Assembly: GCA_050298595.1 (NCBI GenBank)
Contig: JBNKUM010000085.1
Span: forward strand, 128,001 to 192,000
Length of the DNA stretch: 64,000 nucleotides
Reading direction: 5' to 3'
Source of the DNA: Gammaproteobacteria bacterium
GTDB taxonomy: Bacteria; Pseudomonadota; Gammaproteobacteria; GCA-001735895
The position numbers were made by a program, and so were the translations under genes. Below, piece by piece: positions 10,836 through 22,724 of the stretch. A model generated the notes under the pieces. It was not told the DNA's origin and did not search any database. It saw only the letters and a program-made list of their open reading frames with translations. Position 1 is the first letter of the stretch. The number at the start of each line of letters is the position of its first letter.

Positions 10836-11003
10836 TGTGTAAATTCAACTTGTTCGTATAATTTTCGCATTCTATCACCCGGGTATGCTTTTCTCATTAG
10901 TACCAGGCCTGAAGTGGCTCTGTTTAATGATAAATCAGAATCCTGATGATTATGGATTATAATCAGCTGTTGACAGTTAATCTTTCATCCCCAAAAATGC
11001 GCT

Positions 11004-11234
11004 ATGGATTCAGATAATAAAGCTTTTACAGAATCAGACCTGCTCAAACTGGAAAATCAGATCGATGCCCTGATTGATACCGTTAGCCAACTGAAGCAGG
11101 AAAACAGTAACCTCCGCCACCAGCAGGACAGCCTGATGTCTGAGCGATCCCAATTGATAGAAAAAACCGAGTTAGCGCGCAGCCGCGTTGAAGCGATGAT
11201 CACTCGCCTCAGATCTCTGGAATTACATTCATGA
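11004..11234 (+). CDS. TIGR02449-type ZapB-like coiled-coil protein
   Basis: Coiled coil ending ARSRVEAMITRLRSLE; overlaps zapA start. Confidence 0.85.
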   Translation: MDSDNKAFTESDLLKLENQIDALIDTVSQLKQENSNLRHQQDSLMSERSQLIEKTELARSRVEAMITRLRSLELHS

Positions 11235-11542
11235 GCAAACCATTAGCGATTAATATCTCCATTCTGGATAAAGAATACAAGATTGCCTGCCCATCTGGTG
11301 AACAACCAGCACTACTGGCATCGGCTGAATATCTGGACAGCAAGATGCGAGAAGTACGTGATAGTGGAAGCATTATTGGCTCGGAAAGGATTGCAGTAAT
11401 AACCGCACTAAACATTGCACATGAGCTTTTAAACTCCAGCCAGCAGAGCGACAAACTTGACAAGGGCCTGTCTCCGCGCCTTAAAAATCTGGAAATCAAG
11501 ATCAGTGATGCCTTGCAGAAAGTGCGCCAGCTTGAAATCTAA
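11231..11542 (+). CDS. zapA: Cell division protein ZapA
   Basis: ILDKEYKIAC, ERIAVITALNIAHELL. Confidence 0.93.
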   Translation: MSKPLAINISILDKEYKIACPSGEQPALLASAEYLDSKMREVRDSGSIIGSERIAVITALNIAHELLNSSQQSDKLDKGLSPRLKNLEIKISDALQKVRQLEI

Positions 11543-11671
11543 CCCACCAATTAACTCTAATTATGCGCTTGCCCCGCAAATTTTATAAATTTAATTTGAC
11601 ACTCAGGGTCATAAAAAAAATCTACAACATAGCCGGTGCAATTATTTTAGAAGTGTCGTATAGTTTATTAA

Positions 11672-11851
11672 ACCAACTGCGGTGTTAGTTAGCTTCTATA
11701 AGATCCTTGAGCCTAATTATCAACTTCGGGGCGATCAGTGTCATACTGGTGTGCATGCCCGAGATTTTTCGGGAAGCCTGATGGATGCCCTCTTGCCCCA
11801 CCTGAACCTTCTGGTTCAAGGTTGATAGTCTGCGACGGCATCGCGGTTGGT
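11672..11851 (+). ncRNA. ssrS: 6S RNA
   Basis: ~180 nt between zapA and fau; ends ACCAACTGCGGTGTT / GGCATCGCGGTTGGT pair; internal CCTTGAGCC and CTGAACC...GGTTCAAGG motifs. Confidence 0.9.
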
Positions 11852-11875
11852 ATTTTCTCCTTCTAATAATAAAGT

Positions 11876-12460
11876 ATGCTGCCGCAACAGATTCGCCAAC
11901 ATTACCGCCGTCTACGTAAAAACCTCTCTTACCTGGAACAGCAGTCCAACGCTCAGCGCCTGGCTGACAATATCAATGATTACCTGGGTAATTATAAGCG
12001 CTATAAGATTGCCGCTTATCTGGCTGTGCAGGGAGAGATTTCTTTAGCAAACTGGATGGCATCGCAATTGCTGCATAGTATTTATCTTCCAAAACTCTAC
12101 GAACCCATTCAGCCGAATTTACGTTTTGCCCCATTAACCGAGCAAACTGCCTGGGTTAAAAATCGATTTAACATCATAGAACCTAAAGCTCACTGGGGTG
12201 AGACACTGCACTCCAGAGAACTGGATATCATCCTGATGCCGTTAGTGGCCTTCGACAGGTCTGGAAATAGAATGGGTATGGGAGCCGGCTATTATGATCG
12301 AGCGCTCGCATTTAAACGCGCTCGTCAACACTATACTAAACCCATTCTTATCGGGGTGGCTCATAGCATACAGGAGCACCCGGAATTAATAAGCAATAAA
12401 TGGGACATAGGCATGGATTACATTATCACCGAAAAAGAGGTTATTCAGCCAACCACCTGA
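11876..12460 (+). CDS. fau: 5-formyltetrahydrofolate cyclo-ligase
   Basis: PLVAFDRSGNRMGMGAGYYDR; follows 6S RNA. Confidence 0.93.
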   Translation: MLPQQIRQHYRRLRKNLSYLEQQSNAQRLADNINDYLGNYKRYKIAAYLAVQGEISLANWMASQLLHSIYLPKLYEPIQPNLRFAPLTEQTAWVKNRFNIIEPKAHWGETLHSRELDIILMPLVAFDRSGNRMGMGAGYYDRALAFKRARQHYTKPILIGVAHSIQEHPELISNKWDIGMDYIITEKEVIQPTT

Positions 12461-12473
12461 CCTTTGAAAACGC

Positions 12474-13997
12474 TTATTGCAGGAATAAGCGATAGGCTGA
12501 GTTATCACTTTCATCCCAATAAGGAAACTCCAGTGACGCAAGGCAATGCCTGAATTCCTGATATTCAGCCCTATCCACCTGTATACCCATCAGGACACGA
12601 CCATAGTCTGCGCCATGATTTCTATAGTGAAAAAGGCTGATATTCCAACGCCTGCCAATCTCTGAGAGAAACTTTAATAACGCGCCAGGCTTTTCCGGGA
12701 ACTGAAAACGGTAAAGCAGCTCATTATCGACCCCAGGACCTGGATGGCCACCGACCATATAACGCGTATGCAGTTTGGCAACCTCGTTATCGGTCATATC
12801 CTCGACCAGATAATTCCTGTCCGTCAAATGCTTGATAATCTGCTCTTTTTCTTCAATACCCCGAGATAACTGTATCCCCGCAAACACTCTTGCCTTTTTC
12901 GAGTCGGCATATCGATAATTGAATTCGGTAATCTGACGCTTGCCAATAATCTGGCAAAACTGCTTAAAACTGCCTGGCTTTTCTGGAATTTCTACAGCAA
13001 TTAAAGCTTCGCGCTGCTCACCAATCTCCGCACGCTCAGAAACATGGCGCAAACGATCAAAGTTCATATTGGCGCCACTATTGATAGCGACCAATGTTTT
13101 ACCTGATAGCTTTTTCTTCTCCACATACTTTTTCAACCCGGCCAAAGACACTGCCCCAGCAGGTTCACAGATTGCACGAGTATTATCATAGGTATCCTTG
13201 ATTGCTGCACAGATTTGATCAGTCGAAACCGTCATCACTTCATCAACCAGATTGCGGATCATTTTAAAAGTATTCTGGCCAACCTGACGCACTGCAACAC
13301 CATCAGCAAATATACCGACTTCATTTAGGCACACTCGTCGTTTTGCTTTCATCGCGGCATACAGGCACGCCGCATCTTCAGGCTCCACACCTATCACTTT
13401 GATAGAAGGTTTGACGGCTTTTATAAATCCAACAATACCGGCGAGCAAACCACCACCACCTACCGGCACAAATATCGCATCGATGTTATCGGGGTTCTGA
13501 CGAATTATTTCATGCGCAATGGTCGCCTGACCGGCCATCACATCAATATCGTCATATGGATGAATAAAAGATAAACTTTCCTGTTCGGCCAATTCCAGTG
13601 AGTGCTCATAAGCCTCATCAAAATTCTCCCCGAACAAAACCGTTTTTGCACCGCGTGATTTTACTGCATTGACCTTAATAGTCGGCGTTGTTGCTGGCAT
13701 AACAATCACCGCCTGCATATTTAACTTGTTAGCTGCCAGCGCCACCCCCTGAGCATGATTCCCTGCTGAAGCTGCAATCACGCCTTTTAAATCAGGGTTT
13801 TGTCGCTTCATCTGATAGGCTTTATTAAATGCACCACGCAATTTAAAAGAAAAAACGGGCTGCAAATCCTCCCTTTTCAACAACACCTCATTATTCAATC
13901 TCAGTGATAGCTCTGGCATAGGATCCAATGGCGTTTCATTAGCCACATCATAGACTCGGGCAGTGAGCACTTTTTCGAGAAATTTAGCAGGTGTCAT
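12474..13997 (-). CDS. ilvA: Threonine ammonia-lyase, biosynthetic
   Basis: KREDLQPVFSFKLRGA, SAGNHAQG, C-terminal regulatory domains. Confidence 0.97.
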   Translation of the reverse strand: MTPAKFLEKVLTARVYDVANETPLDPMPELSLRLNNEVLLKREDLQPVFSFKLRGAFNKAYQMKRQNPDLKGVIAASAGNHAQGVALAANKLNMQAVIVMPATTPTIKVNAVKSRGAKTVLFGENFDEAYEHSLELAEQESLSFIHPYDDIDVMAGQATIAHEIIRQNPDNIDAIFVPVGGGGLLAGIVGFIKAVKPSIKVIGVEPEDAACLYAAMKAKRRVCLNEVGIFADGVAVRQVGQNTFKMIRNLVDEVMTVSTDQICAAIKDTYDNTRAICEPAGAVSLAGLKKYVEKKKLSGKTLVAINSGANMNFDRLRHVSERAEIGEQREALIAVEIPEKPGSFKQFCQIIGKRQITEFNYRYADSKKARVFAGIQLSRGIEEKEQIIKHLTDRNYLVEDMTDNEVAKLHTRYMVGGHPGPGVDNELLYRFQFPEKPGALLKFLSEIGRRWNISLFHYRNHGADYGRVLMGIQVDRAEYQEFRHCLASLEFPYWDESDNSAYRLFLQ

Positions 13998-14177
13998 GGA
14001 GTAACCTCAAATAACGATCTGGCATTATCAGGAAACACTTGTAATTAGGCAATAGCCGCGGCCTTAAGATTCAGAATGAACAGGTTGTGTAAAACTTACC
14101 TCATGATTCCTGATTACCGATGACATTTCCCACCGCTATCGTTACTATTCACATTTTTATAATAAGGTTATAAATTT

Positions 14178-14840
14178 ATGGATGCTGACGCTAAAAAGAA
14201 AATGGCTGCACAGGCTGCTCTGGATTATGTGATACCCGGCACGATAATAGGCGTGGGTACCGGCTCCACGGTCAACCACTTTATCGACGCCCTGGCTGAA
14301 AAAATGAAAACCGCTGTCGAGGCTGCGGTATCCAGTTCTGAAGCCTCAACAGAGCGACTCAAGCAGCACGGCATTCCAGTCATTGATTTAAATTCAGCCG
14401 GGCAACTTTCCATTTACGTGGATGGCGCTGATGAATCAAATCGACAACTGCATCTGATAAAAGGTGGTGGTGGCGCACTCACCCGTGAGAAAATTGTCGC
14501 TGCCGCCAGTGACACCTTCGTTTGTATTGCGGACGAAAGTAAACTGGTCGATCACCTTGGCGCATTTCCATTACCGGTTGAAGTTATCCCTATGGCCAGA
14601 AGTCTGGTTGCTCGAGAACTGACCAAGCTCGGCGGACAACCCAAATGGCGGGAAAACTTTGTAACCGATAATGGCAATGACATACTCGATGTGCACAATT
14701 TAAAAATTATGGACCCGATGAAAATTGAGACACTGATTAATCAGATTGCTGGTGTTGTAACCGTTGGCATTTTTGCTCATCGCCCGGCCGACGTCCTGCT
14801 ACTAGGCGGTGACAATGGTATTACCACAATAAAACCCTGA
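14178..14840 (+). CDS. rpiA: Ribose-5-phosphate isomerase A
   Basis: [25 protein letters not shown]. Confidence 0.97.
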   Translation: MDADAKKKMAAQAALDYVIPGTIIGVGTGSTVNHFIDALAEKMKTAVEAAVSSSEASTERLKQHGIPVIDLNSAGQLSIYVDGADESNRQLHLIKGGGGALTREKIVAAASDTFVCIADESKLVDHLGAFPLPVEVIPMARSLVARELTKLGGQPKWRENFVTDNGNDILDVHNLKIMDPMKIETLINQIAGVVTVGIFAHRPADVLLLGGDNGITTIKP

Positions 14841-14845
14841 ATAAC

Positions 14846-14882
14846 AAAAGCCCCCCTGACCCGACCTGCGGGGGCTTTTTTA
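14846..14882. terminator. Bidirectional terminator between rpiA and rhodanese gene
   Basis: AAAAGCCCCC...GGGGCTTTTTT. Confidence 0.7.
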
Positions 14883-14894
14883 GAATAAAACCAT

Positions 14895-15602
14895 CTATTC
14901 TTCCGGCACCACAACCGTCAGACCCAGTGACTGCCAGGCCTGCATACCACCGCGATAGTAATATAGTTTCTCGGCTGGATAGCCTAACTTCAATAACCCT
15001 TGTAGAGCATGTGGGGACTGAGCACACCACATGCCGTTGCACCAAAGCATCAGCTTCTTGACATTGGTAAAATCCCATTCATCATTTTTCTGGTTTCCAC
15101 CCAATAAACCCAGGGTTTCAATACTACGCGTAAAGTCGCTAACATCTCCGCGTCTTTTTGCACCTAATTCGTGCATAGTTTCTATCAGCAGCGGGTCATC
15201 TCTATCCAGTGTAAATACTGTAAATGGAATATTCACTGAACCAGGGATAGTACCTCGCTTCCACCAGGCAGGAGTTCTCGCATCAATAATTACCCCAGTC
15301 CCATCCAGCAATTCATGCTCCATAAAATCAAACATCTCAAGCTGACCGACCGTTGTGACCCCGTCACCAGCAGACATTGGCTGTATACAGAAGGGCGGGC
15401 ATTTGCGTGATGTCCTGGCAAACCCACCCTCAAGAATATGATCCTGATCTTGAATACGTTCGATTTTAATCAGCTTGCTTTGATGGATGACCTCAACAAA
15501 TTCCTTGTCAGGGGTAAGTTTGACATCTAGCGCCTGGACACTTGCAACTGAAGTTATAGATACAAGTAGAAACAACCATTTAGTTATTGAGTACCTCATC
15601 AT
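14895..15602 (-). CDS. Exported rhodanese-like sulfurtransferase
   Basis: Signal peptide, CPPFC, IIDAR, IPGSVNIP, WCNGMWCAQS active-site loop, YYRGGMQAW. Confidence 0.85.
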   Translation of the reverse strand: MMRYSITKWLFLLVSITSVASVQALDVKLTPDKEFVEVIHQSKLIKIERIQDQDHILEGGFARTSRKCPPFCIQPMSAGDGVTTVGQLEMFDFMEHELLDGTGVIIDARTPAWWKRGTIPGSVNIPFTVFTLDRDDPLLIETMHELGAKRRGDVSDFTRSIETLGLLGGNQKNDEWDFTNVKKLMLWCNGMWCAQSPHALQGLLKLGYPAEKLYYYRGGMQAWQSLGLTVVVPEE

Positions 15603-16015
15603 TTTTTGCTCACCTTTTGAATTATATCTCGCACCGAATCTGGATCCGGATTTCCCTGATAAGACGCGTAAACTTCGTCTTTCTGGCCATTATTGAGGCG
15701 CTTATAAAACAGATAACTACCTATATAGTTTTGCTGCAGGACTTTTTCAAACTGTTCAATGGTTAATCCGCTAACCAATCTACCGGGTGAACCGCCTGAG
15801 TCCAATTTACTAGCAACAGTCTTTGAAACACTGCTCGTAGAGCCAGCCTTTGTTTGCTTATCCAGAGTTACGCTTTCAGCTTCCCCCTTCAGCGACTTTA
15901 AATAATCTGCATTTGACTGGGCCACAGCAGAACCCACAACAAACCCCAGAGCGACAAATAGCATAAAGCGCACACTCCCTTTCCTCAAGCACATGTCCAA
16001 AGTTACACTCAACAA
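15599..16015 (-). CDS. Exported hypothetical protein, overlapping the rhodanese start
   Basis: Signal-like N-terminus; 4-bp overlap with downstream gene. Confidence 0.7.
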   Translation of the reverse strand: MLSVTLDMCLRKGSVRFMLFVALGFVVGSAVAQSNADYLKSLKGEAESVTLDKQTKAGSTSSVSKTVASKLDSGGSPGRLVSGLTIEQFEKVLQQNYIGSYLFYKRLNNGQKDEVYASYQGNPDPDSVRDIIQKVSKK

Positions 16016-16226
16016 GTAAACACCTTTTTTTATTTTTATGGGAATAATACCAGCCCATTTTTATAGATTTTGTGGCTTTTAATAATTTTTTTTACTTTGA
16101 TAAATTCAGATTAGTCGCTTGCCAGGCCTGTGTCAAGAAGTCACAGACTCATTAATATCTTTAATTACATAATGTTACATCACCTATTTCGACTTCATAT
16201 TAACAAAATAACAATTTTGACGTGGA

Positions 16227-16258
16227 CAAAAAAAACCCGCTAAAAAGCAGGCTTTTTT
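16227..16258 (-). terminator. Terminator of rplM-rpsI
   Basis: Imperfect GC stem flanked by A and T runs just after rpsI stop. Confidence 0.55.
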
Positions 16259-16283
16259 AGAATAAACAGCTTTAAAAAACTGA

Positions 16284-16676
16284 TTAACGTTTGGAAAACT
16301 GGGTCGCTCTACGAGCTTTTCTTAGACCAACTTTCTTACGTTCAACTTCTCTTGCATCACGAGTAACAAAGCCTTCTTTTCTCAGTGCCGATCTAAATGT
16401 TTCATCATACTGCATCAGGGCACGAGTAATACCCAGGCGAATCGCGCCAGCTTGTCCACTTGGACCACCACCAGAAACATTTACATTAATATCAAACTTT
16501 GAAACCAGATCAACCGTTTCTAATGGCTGGCGAACAACCATACGAGAAGTTTCACGTCCGAAATAATCTTCAATAGATTTTTTGTTGACGGTAATGTTTC
16601 CACTGCCTTCAGTCATATACACACGAGCTGCTGAGCTTTTGCGACGACCTGTTCCGTAATACTGTTCTGCAGACAT
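16284..16676 (-). CDS. rpsI: 30S ribosomal protein S9
   Basis: YYGTGRRK...QFSKR. Confidence 0.99.
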   Translation of the reverse strand: MSAEQYYGTGRRKSSAARVYMTEGSGNITVNKKSIEDYFGRETSRMVVRQPLETVDLVSKFDINVNVSGGGPSGQAGAIRLGITRALMQYDETFRSALRKEGFVTRDAREVERKKVGLRKARRATQFSKR

Positions 16677-16687
16677 ATCTGATTCTC

Positions 16688-17116
16688 TTAAATATCTAGT
16701 ATCTGAGGCTGTTGTGCAGAGTGATTATGATTTTCACCCGCATACACCTTAAGTTTCTTAAACATGGCTCGACCCAGTGGATTCTTTGGCAACATACCTT
16801 TTACAGCAGTTTCCAGAATTCGCTCAGGATGAGTCGCACGTAACTTTGACAGGTTAACAGACTTCAGGTTACCAATGTATCCAGTATGATGATGATACAT
16901 TTTATCCTGCTCTTTATTACCAGTCACTTTCACCTTCTCAGCATTAACCACGACGATATAATCACCTGTGTCTACATGCGGTGTATATTCAGGCTTGTGT
17001 TTACCACGCAGTCTGCGTGCAATTTCAGTCGAAAGACGGCCTAACGTCTTATCTGTAGCATCAACTAGGAACCAGTCACGTTTTACCGATTCGGGTTTTG
17101 CACTAAAGGTTTTCAT
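16688..17116 (-). CDS. rplM: 50S ribosomal protein L13
   Basis: MKTFSAK...[17 protein letters not shown]. Confidence 0.99.
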   Translation of the reverse strand: MKTFSAKPESVKRDWFLVDATDKTLGRLSTEIARRLRGKHKPEYTPHVDTGDYIVVVNAEKVKVTGNKEQDKMYHHHTGYIGNLKSVNLSKLRATHPERILETAVKGMLPKNPLGRAMFKKLKVYAGENHNHSAQQPQILDI

Positions 17117-17291
17117 AATTTTTCCTAAACTCGCTTAAATGCGTTTGTCTTCTCGAAGAAAGGGCGCGAATACTAACGGATTCATCCGCAATTGACAAGG
17201 TCTATCAAACGCTTTATTCAGATTTTCTCTCTCATTGAGCTGAATCGGCTTGGATAACTAATATTTATTGATTCTGAAGTAAAAAATTGTT

Positions 17292-17387
17292 AAAAAAAGG
17301 CGTGGCTGGTAGGCCACGCCAATACCACCAAAGGAGGATGGAGGAGTTATGCTGGGGAGGCCAAAGGGCGCCTCCTGATTCAGCATA
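17292..17387 (-). ncRNA. Putative ~95-nt sRNA with single-stranded CUCCUCC/CCUCCU motifs
   Basis: Promoter directly upstream; 5' stem ATGCTG..GGAGGC/GCCTCC..CAGCAT; ACTCCTCCATCCTCCTTTGG; terminator GGCGTGGC/GCCACGCC+T7. Confidence 0.7.
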
Positions 17388-17392
17388 TAAGG

Positions 17393-17421
17393 ATTATCTA
17401 ATGCAGATACCTTATTGTCAA
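17393..17421 (-). promoter_or_regulatory. Sigma70 promoter of the putative sRNA
   Basis: TTGACA (17421-17416)-N17-GATAAT (17398-17393). Confidence 0.7.
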
Positions 17422-17584
17422 CCTGGACACTCCCTCATTTGCGCCTACCAGCCCACAGTTAACAAATGTTTTACTTATATCGATAACAATTCATAACCTC
17501 AAACACTTTCGCTCTACTGCGACTTACACTTCCACCCAACCGGATGGACATCCTTAATTCTATAAGTTAAGCATAGAGCCCACT

Positions 17585-18013
17585 TTATTCAGCTGCCCCA
17601 CTTTGGCGAATCTCAAAATCATGGGTAATGACTGCAGTTTTGCCCAGCATCACAGAAGCAGAGCAATATTTCTCGGCAGAAAGGTTTATTGCCTTTTCCA
17701 CCTTGCTTGCATCCAGGTTGTTTCCAGTGACCACAAAGTGCATATGAATCTTTGTGAAAACCTTCGGCTCCACATCTGCGCGCTCATATTCTAGTTCAAG
17801 CTCGCAATTCTCCACCTGCTGCCTGGATTTTTTCAGGATCAAAATAACATCAAAGGAGCTACACCCGCCTAAGCCCAGTATCAACATTTCCATTGGCCGA
17901 ATCCCAAGATTGCGCCCACCAAACTCGGGGGGGCCATCCATCACTACCGCATGACCACTCGCCGATTCCCCGACAAATGTCATGTTATCTAGCCACTTTA
18001 CTTTTGATTTCAT
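17585..18013 (-). CDS. OsmC family protein (YhfA-like)
   Basis: RPMEMLILGLGGCSSFDV, LSAEKYCSAS; divergent from crp. Confidence 0.92.
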   Translation of the reverse strand: MKSKVKWLDNMTFVGESASGHAVVMDGPPEFGGRNLGIRPMEMLILGLGGCSSFDVILILKKSRQQVENCELELEYERADVEPKVFTKIHMHFVVTGNNLDASKVEKAINLSAEKYCSASVMLGKTAVITHDFEIRQSGAAE

Positions 18014-18064
18014 TAATCTCGCCTATTCTCGTCTTGTTAAACAACTGAATTATGGTATGTTATC

Positions 18065-18745
18065 GTGAATTTAGAATTTATAAAAAAAGGAACTGTTGTG
18101 AGCTTAGAGCCTATCCAAAAAATACCACCGACAGAAAACCCCGCCCTGGACAGTTTTCTTAAACATTGCCACCGCAAAACTCTGCCCGCTCGACAAACAA
18201 TCATCCATGCTCGCGATGAATCGCATACATTGTATTACATTATCGATGGCTCGGTTAGCGTGGTCATCGAGGATGAAGACTGCAACGAAATTGTGCTGGC
18301 TTATCTAAACTCGGGTGACTTTTTTGGAGAAATGGGACTTTTTGAAGAAAACCTGAAACGCAGCGCCTGGGTCATCACCCGAACTCAATGTGAAATTGCT
18401 GAAATTCATTACAATCAGTTCATGCAACTAGCCAGAGACACCCCTGAAATTCTGTTCCAACTATCTGCTCAGCTTGCCGCCCGATTACGCAATACCAGTC
18501 GCAAGGTCAGCAACCTGGCGTTTATGGATGTGACAGGTCGTGTAGCAAGAACTTTACTTGATCTGGCCAAACAGCCAGACGCTATGACCCATCCTGACGG
18601 CATGCAAATCAAGGTTACACGTCAGGAAATTGCAAAGATTGTGGGTTGTTCAAGAGAAATGGCTGGCCGTGTGATCAAGACACTGGAAGAGGACAACCTG
18701 ATCTCTGCTCATGGTAAAACTATAGTAGTTTTTGGTACTCGCTAA
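18065..18745 (+). CDS. crp: cAMP receptor protein; likely start GTG 18098
   Basis: [39 protein letters not shown]. Confidence 0.95.
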   Translation: MNLEFIKKGTVVSLEPIQKIPPTENPALDSFLKHCHRKTLPARQTIIHARDESHTLYYIIDGSVSVVIEDEDCNEIVLAYLNSGDFFGEMGLFEENLKRSAWVITRTQCEIAEIHYNQFMQLARDTPEILFQLSAQLAARLRNTSRKVSNLAFMDVTGRVARTLLDLAKQPDAMTHPDGMQIKVTRQEIAKIVGCSREMAGRVIKTLEEDNLISAHGKTIVVFGTR

Positions 18746-18760
18746 CGCAATAAGCGCCTT

Positions 18761-19564
18761 CTAAACAGAGAATATTGCAGCCAGTTCGCTTCCAGGATCT
18801 GGCGCTCGCATAAAAGCTTCACCTACTAGAAAAGCATTCACCTGATGACTTCGCATCAAAGCGACATCTGCTTGACTATGAATTCCACTCTCAGTAACCA
18901 CAAAACAATTGTCAGGCACCATACTTAGCATATTGATCGTAGTCTGCAAACTGGTTTCGAAGGTTCGTAGATTTCGATTATTGATGCCAACCATAGGTAG
19001 ATCAATCCGCAAGGCCCGTTCCATTTCCGCCTCATCGTGTACCTCAACCAGTACATCCAGTGATAGCTCTTGCGCGCACTGATAAAGATCCAGTAATTGA
19101 GGCTGATCTAACGCTGCAACAATCAACAGGATACAGTCTGCCTCTAATGCACGCGCCTCATGTATCTGATAGGTATCGATGATAAAGTCCTTGCGAATAA
19201 CCGGTAGAGAACAGGCTGCACGTGCCTGCTGCAGGTATGCATCACTACCCTGGAAAAAATCCACATCGGTTAATACTGAAAGGCAGGCAGCCCCACCTTG
19301 CTGGTAGGACCTGGCTATCTCTGGCGGATTAAAGTCTGGCCGAATGACACCTTTACTGGGTGAGGCCTTTTTAATTTCCGCAATTACCGCTGACTGATTG
19401 CTGGAAATTTTATTTTGAAGCGCATTGACAAAACCTCGCACTGTTGAAGCCTGCTGAATGCGTTGCTGTAACTCATTTATCGAGGTTTGAGATTGACGCT
19501 GAGTTATTTCCTCGACCTTACGTGCGAGAATTTTAGTGAGGATATTAGACACTGGTTTGCTCAA
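18761..19564 (-). CDS. trpC: Indole-3-glycerol phosphate synthase
   Basis: [26 protein letters not shown]. Confidence 0.97.
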   Translation of the reverse strand: MSKPVSNILTKILARKVEEITQRQSQTSINELQQRIQQASTVRGFVNALQNKISSNQSAVIAEIKKASPSKGVIRPDFNPPEIARSYQQGGAACLSVLTDVDFFQGSDAYLQQARAACSLPVIRKDFIIDTYQIHEARALEADCILLIVAALDQPQLLDLYQCAQELSLDVLVEVHDEAEMERALRIDLPMVGINNRNLRTFETSLQTTINMLSMVPDNCFVVTESGIHSQADVALMRSHQVNAFLVGEAFMRAPDPGSELAAIFSV

Positions 19565-20573
19565 TCAGCTTCTTAAGAACTTCGGAAGCGGATCCATCAT
19601 CTATAACTTTAGCCGCCATTTCGACGCCCTGATGGTGCGAATCTGCAAGCCCGGAAACATAGATAGCAGCCCCTGCATTGAGGCAAACAATATCTCGTGC
19701 CGGCCCGGGCTGCTTATCAAATACCGAGTGAATCATCGCCAGGCTTTGCTCAACACCATCGACTCGAATGCCTTCGATATCGGCTATTTGCATACCAAAA
19801 TCCTGTGGAGAAATAGTATAGGTACTAACAACACCATCCTTCAGCTCGGCAACTTGAGTAGTAGTTGAAATACTGATTTCATCCATCCCATCATCGGCAT
19901 GCACCACCATCACATGACGGCTACCTAACTGCTTGAGTACCTGCGCCATGGTTTCTACCAGCTCGGCATCGAATACACCAATAACCTGATTAGGCGCTGA
20001 TGCAGGATTGGTCAAAGGGCCTAATACGTTAAATATGGTACGCACTGCCATTTCTTTACGCGGACCAATGGCATGACGCATAGCACTGTGATGTTTTTGT
20101 GCGAATAAAAAACCAACCCCTACTTCATCGATACAGCGCCCGACAGCCTCGGCATCTATATCCAGATTTACCCCTGCCGCTTCCAGCACATCGGCACTAC
20201 CTGATTTACTGGATACCGAACGGTTACCATGCTTGGCTACATGTGCACCTGCTGCGGCAGCGACAATAGCACTAGCAGTTGAGATATTAAAGCTACCCGA
20301 TGAATCACCACCAGTACCACAAGTGTCCACCAGATGATCTGAATGGGTTTCTACCCGAGTAGCGAGATCACGCATAACACTTGCAGCGGCAGTAATCTCA
20401 TCCACTGTCTCACCTTTCATACGCAGACCAATCAGAAAGCCACCAATCTGGGATGGCGTTGCCTCTCCGGTCATAATCTGCTGCATGACGCTCGCCATTT
20501 CCTCATGGCTCAGATCCTGTCTTGCAATAACTGCTTTAATCGCTTGCTGTATATCCAATGTGCTAGCCCTCAA
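19545..20573 (-). CDS. trpD: Anthranilate phosphoribosyltransferase
   Basis: [28 protein letters not shown]. Confidence 0.97.
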   Translation of the reverse strand: MRASTLDIQQAIKAVIARQDLSHEEMASVMQQIMTGEATPSQIGGFLIGLRMKGETVDEITAAASVMRDLATRVETHSDHLVDTCGTGGDSSGSFNISTASAIVAAAAGAHVAKHGNRSVSSKSGSADVLEAAGVNLDIDAEAVGRCIDEVGVGFLFAQKHHSAMRHAIGPRKEMAVRTIFNVLGPLTNPASAPNQVIGVFDAELVETMAQVLKQLGSRHVMVVHADDGMDEISISTTTQVAELKDGVVSTYTISPQDFGMQIADIEGIRVDGVEQSLAMIHSVFDKQPGPARDIVCLNAGAAIYVSGLADSHHQGVEMAAKVIDDGSASEVLKKLIEQTSV

Positions 20574-21156
20574 TCTTTGTATTCAGAAAATTCTGTAGTA
20601 AGTCATATCCATGCTCGGTCAGGATAGATTCAGGATGAAACTGCACGCCTTCGACTGCCAGGGTTTTATGCTTCACCCCCATAATCTCATCAAAACTTCC
20701 ATCCTCGAATTCAGTCCAGGCAGTGACTTCCAGACAATCAGGCAGACTTGAGTGTTGAATCACCAATGAATGATAACGTGTAGCTATGAATGGATTGTCC
20801 AGCCCTTTGAAAACACCGCTTGCATTATGATGAATCATTGAAGTTTTGCCATGCATAATTTCCCGTGCATGCACCACCAGTCCACCAAAAACCTGCCCAA
20901 TACTCTGATGCCCAAGACAGACACCCAGCAAAGGCTTAACCCCTGCCATAGCCTGAATCACCTGCATAGAGATACCTGCTTCATTCGGGGTACAGGGTCC
21001 GGGTGAAATCATAATATGGCTGGCATCATTATTTTTCACAAACTCAACGTCGACCTCGTCATTACGCACGACCTCAACATCAACCTTTAATTCACCCAGA
21101 TATTGCACCAGGTTATAGGTAAAGGAGTCATAATTATCGATCATCAATACTTTCAT
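20563..21156 (-). CDS. trpG: Anthranilate synthase component II
   Basis: [21 protein letters not shown]. Confidence 0.95.
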   Translation of the reverse strand: MKVLMIDNYDSFTYNLVQYLGELKVDVEVVRNDEVDVEFVKNNDASHIMISPGPCTPNEAGISMQVIQAMAGVKPLLGVCLGHQSIGQVFGGLVVHAREIMHGKTSMIHHNASGVFKGLDNPFIATRYHSLVIQHSSLPDCLEVTAWTEFEDGSFDEIMGVKHKTLAVEGVQFHPESILTEHGYDLLQNFLNTKIEG

Positions 21157-22670
21157 GACTTAACACCCTCTCCCTCAACTAATTCTAAGGGATCTTTGGG
21201 AGTCAATCCCGACTCTGCAAGTGATACGGCACGAAAGATGGCGCGCCCCTTATTCATGGTTTCAGCCCATTCATTTTCTGGTACTGAATCATAGACAATC
21301 CCGGCACCAGCCTGAATATATAATTTTTTATCCTTGATCACGGCAGTACGAATGGCGATTGCTGTATCCATGTTACCACTCCATGACAGATAGCCCACCG
21401 CACCGGAGTAGATACCGCGTTTCACAGGTTCCAGCTCATCGATAATTTCCATCGCACGAATCTTGGGTGCACCGGAAACAGTTCCGGCAGGAAAGGTGGC
21501 TCTCAGCACATCCATTGCGGTTAAACCGTTTTTCAGTTTGCCAGTAACATTGGAAACAATATGCATCACGTGAGAGTAACGCTCGATGATCATCTTGTCG
21601 GTTAATTCAATACTGCCGGTTTCACTCACTCGGCCTGCATCATTACGCCCCAGATCGATCAGCATTAAATGCTCAGCCAATTCTTTAGGATCACTTAATA
21701 GTTCCCGTTCCAGCGCGCGATCTTCAGCCTCTGTATAACCTCTAGGACGCGTGCCTGCGATCGGTCTGACTGTTAACTCCCCCTGCTCCAGTCGCACCAG
21801 AATTTCTGGCGACGAGCCGACCACATAATGATCACCCAGATTCAAATAGTACATATAAGGAGAAGGGTTGAGCCCACGTAGCGCACGATATAAATTTAGC
21901 GGGTCTGAATTAAATGGAACGGAAAGACGTTGTGACAACACAATCTGCATCGCATCACCATCAATAATATACTGACGCGCCTTTTCTACCGCATCCATAT
22001 AGCCTTCGCGAGTGAATTCAGATTCAAAATCCTGCTCATTGACTATGGCCCCGTTTGACTGCTGCGGCACGTCGGCAGTATCCCGCTGAATTTTATTCAC
22101 CAACTGTTCCAGCCTTACCTGCCCGCGCTGATAGGAGCCCCGCTCATTCGGATCGGCATAAACAATGATATACATACGCGATGCCAGGTTATCGAAAACC
22201 ACCAACTGATCACTTAGCATTAACAGGATATCAGGCGTGCCATGTTTGTCAGGATTAGGATTTTTGGCAAGTTTGGGCTCTACATAGCGAATAGTGTCAT
22301 ATCCAAAATACCCCACCAGCCCGCCATTAAAGCGCGGCAGGAAATCCAGCTCAACCACCTTGAAAGATTGCAGATAATCTTCGATATACTGCAATGGATC
22401 ATCCACCGTCTGCTGGTCAACAATCTGATCATAGGTTTGCAGAGTCACTTCATGATCATAAACCTTTAAATGGGTATGACAGCCCAGGCCTATGATGGAA
22501 TAACGCCCCCACTTTTCGCCACCCTGAACGGACTCAAAAAGATAACTATAGGGATTATTGGCAAGCTTAAGGTAAACGCTTAAGGGAGTATCTAGATCAG
22601 CAAACACCTCTTTAACCAGAGGTACGCGATTATAGGAATATTTTAATTTTTCAAATTGTTCCGGGTTCAT
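21153..22670 (-). CDS. trpE: Anthranilate synthase component I
   Basis: [32 protein letters not shown]. Confidence 0.97.
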   Translation of the reverse strand: MNPEQFEKLKYSYNRVPLVKEVFADLDTPLSVYLKLANNPYSYLFESVQGGEKWGRYSIIGLGCHTHLKVYDHEVTLQTYDQIVDQQTVDDPLQYIEDYLQSFKVVELDFLPRFNGGLVGYFGYDTIRYVEPKLAKNPNPDKHGTPDILLMLSDQLVVFDNLASRMYIIVYADPNERGSYQRGQVRLEQLVNKIQRDTADVPQQSNGAIVNEQDFESEFTREGYMDAVEKARQYIIDGDAMQIVLSQRLSVPFNSDPLNLYRALRGLNPSPYMYYLNLGDHYVVGSSPEILVRLEQGELTVRPIAGTRPRGYTEAEDRALERELLSDPKELAEHLMLIDLGRNDAGRVSETGSIELTDKMIIERYSHVMHIVSNVTGKLKNGLTAMDVLRATFPAGTVSGAPKIRAMEIIDELEPVKRGIYSGAVGYLSWSGNMDTAIAIRTAVIKDKKLYIQAGAGIVYDSVPENEWAETMNKGRAIFRAVSLAESGLTPKDPLELVEGEGVKS

Positions 22671-22724
22671 AATAATGACTCAGCAAATAATTAATAGGCA
22701 ATACACAGTTAGGACGAGAGTGTT

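Noticed and set aside
17287-17496. 69-aa plus-strand ORF
   Set aside because: Better explained as the antisense of the promoter-sRNA-terminator unit
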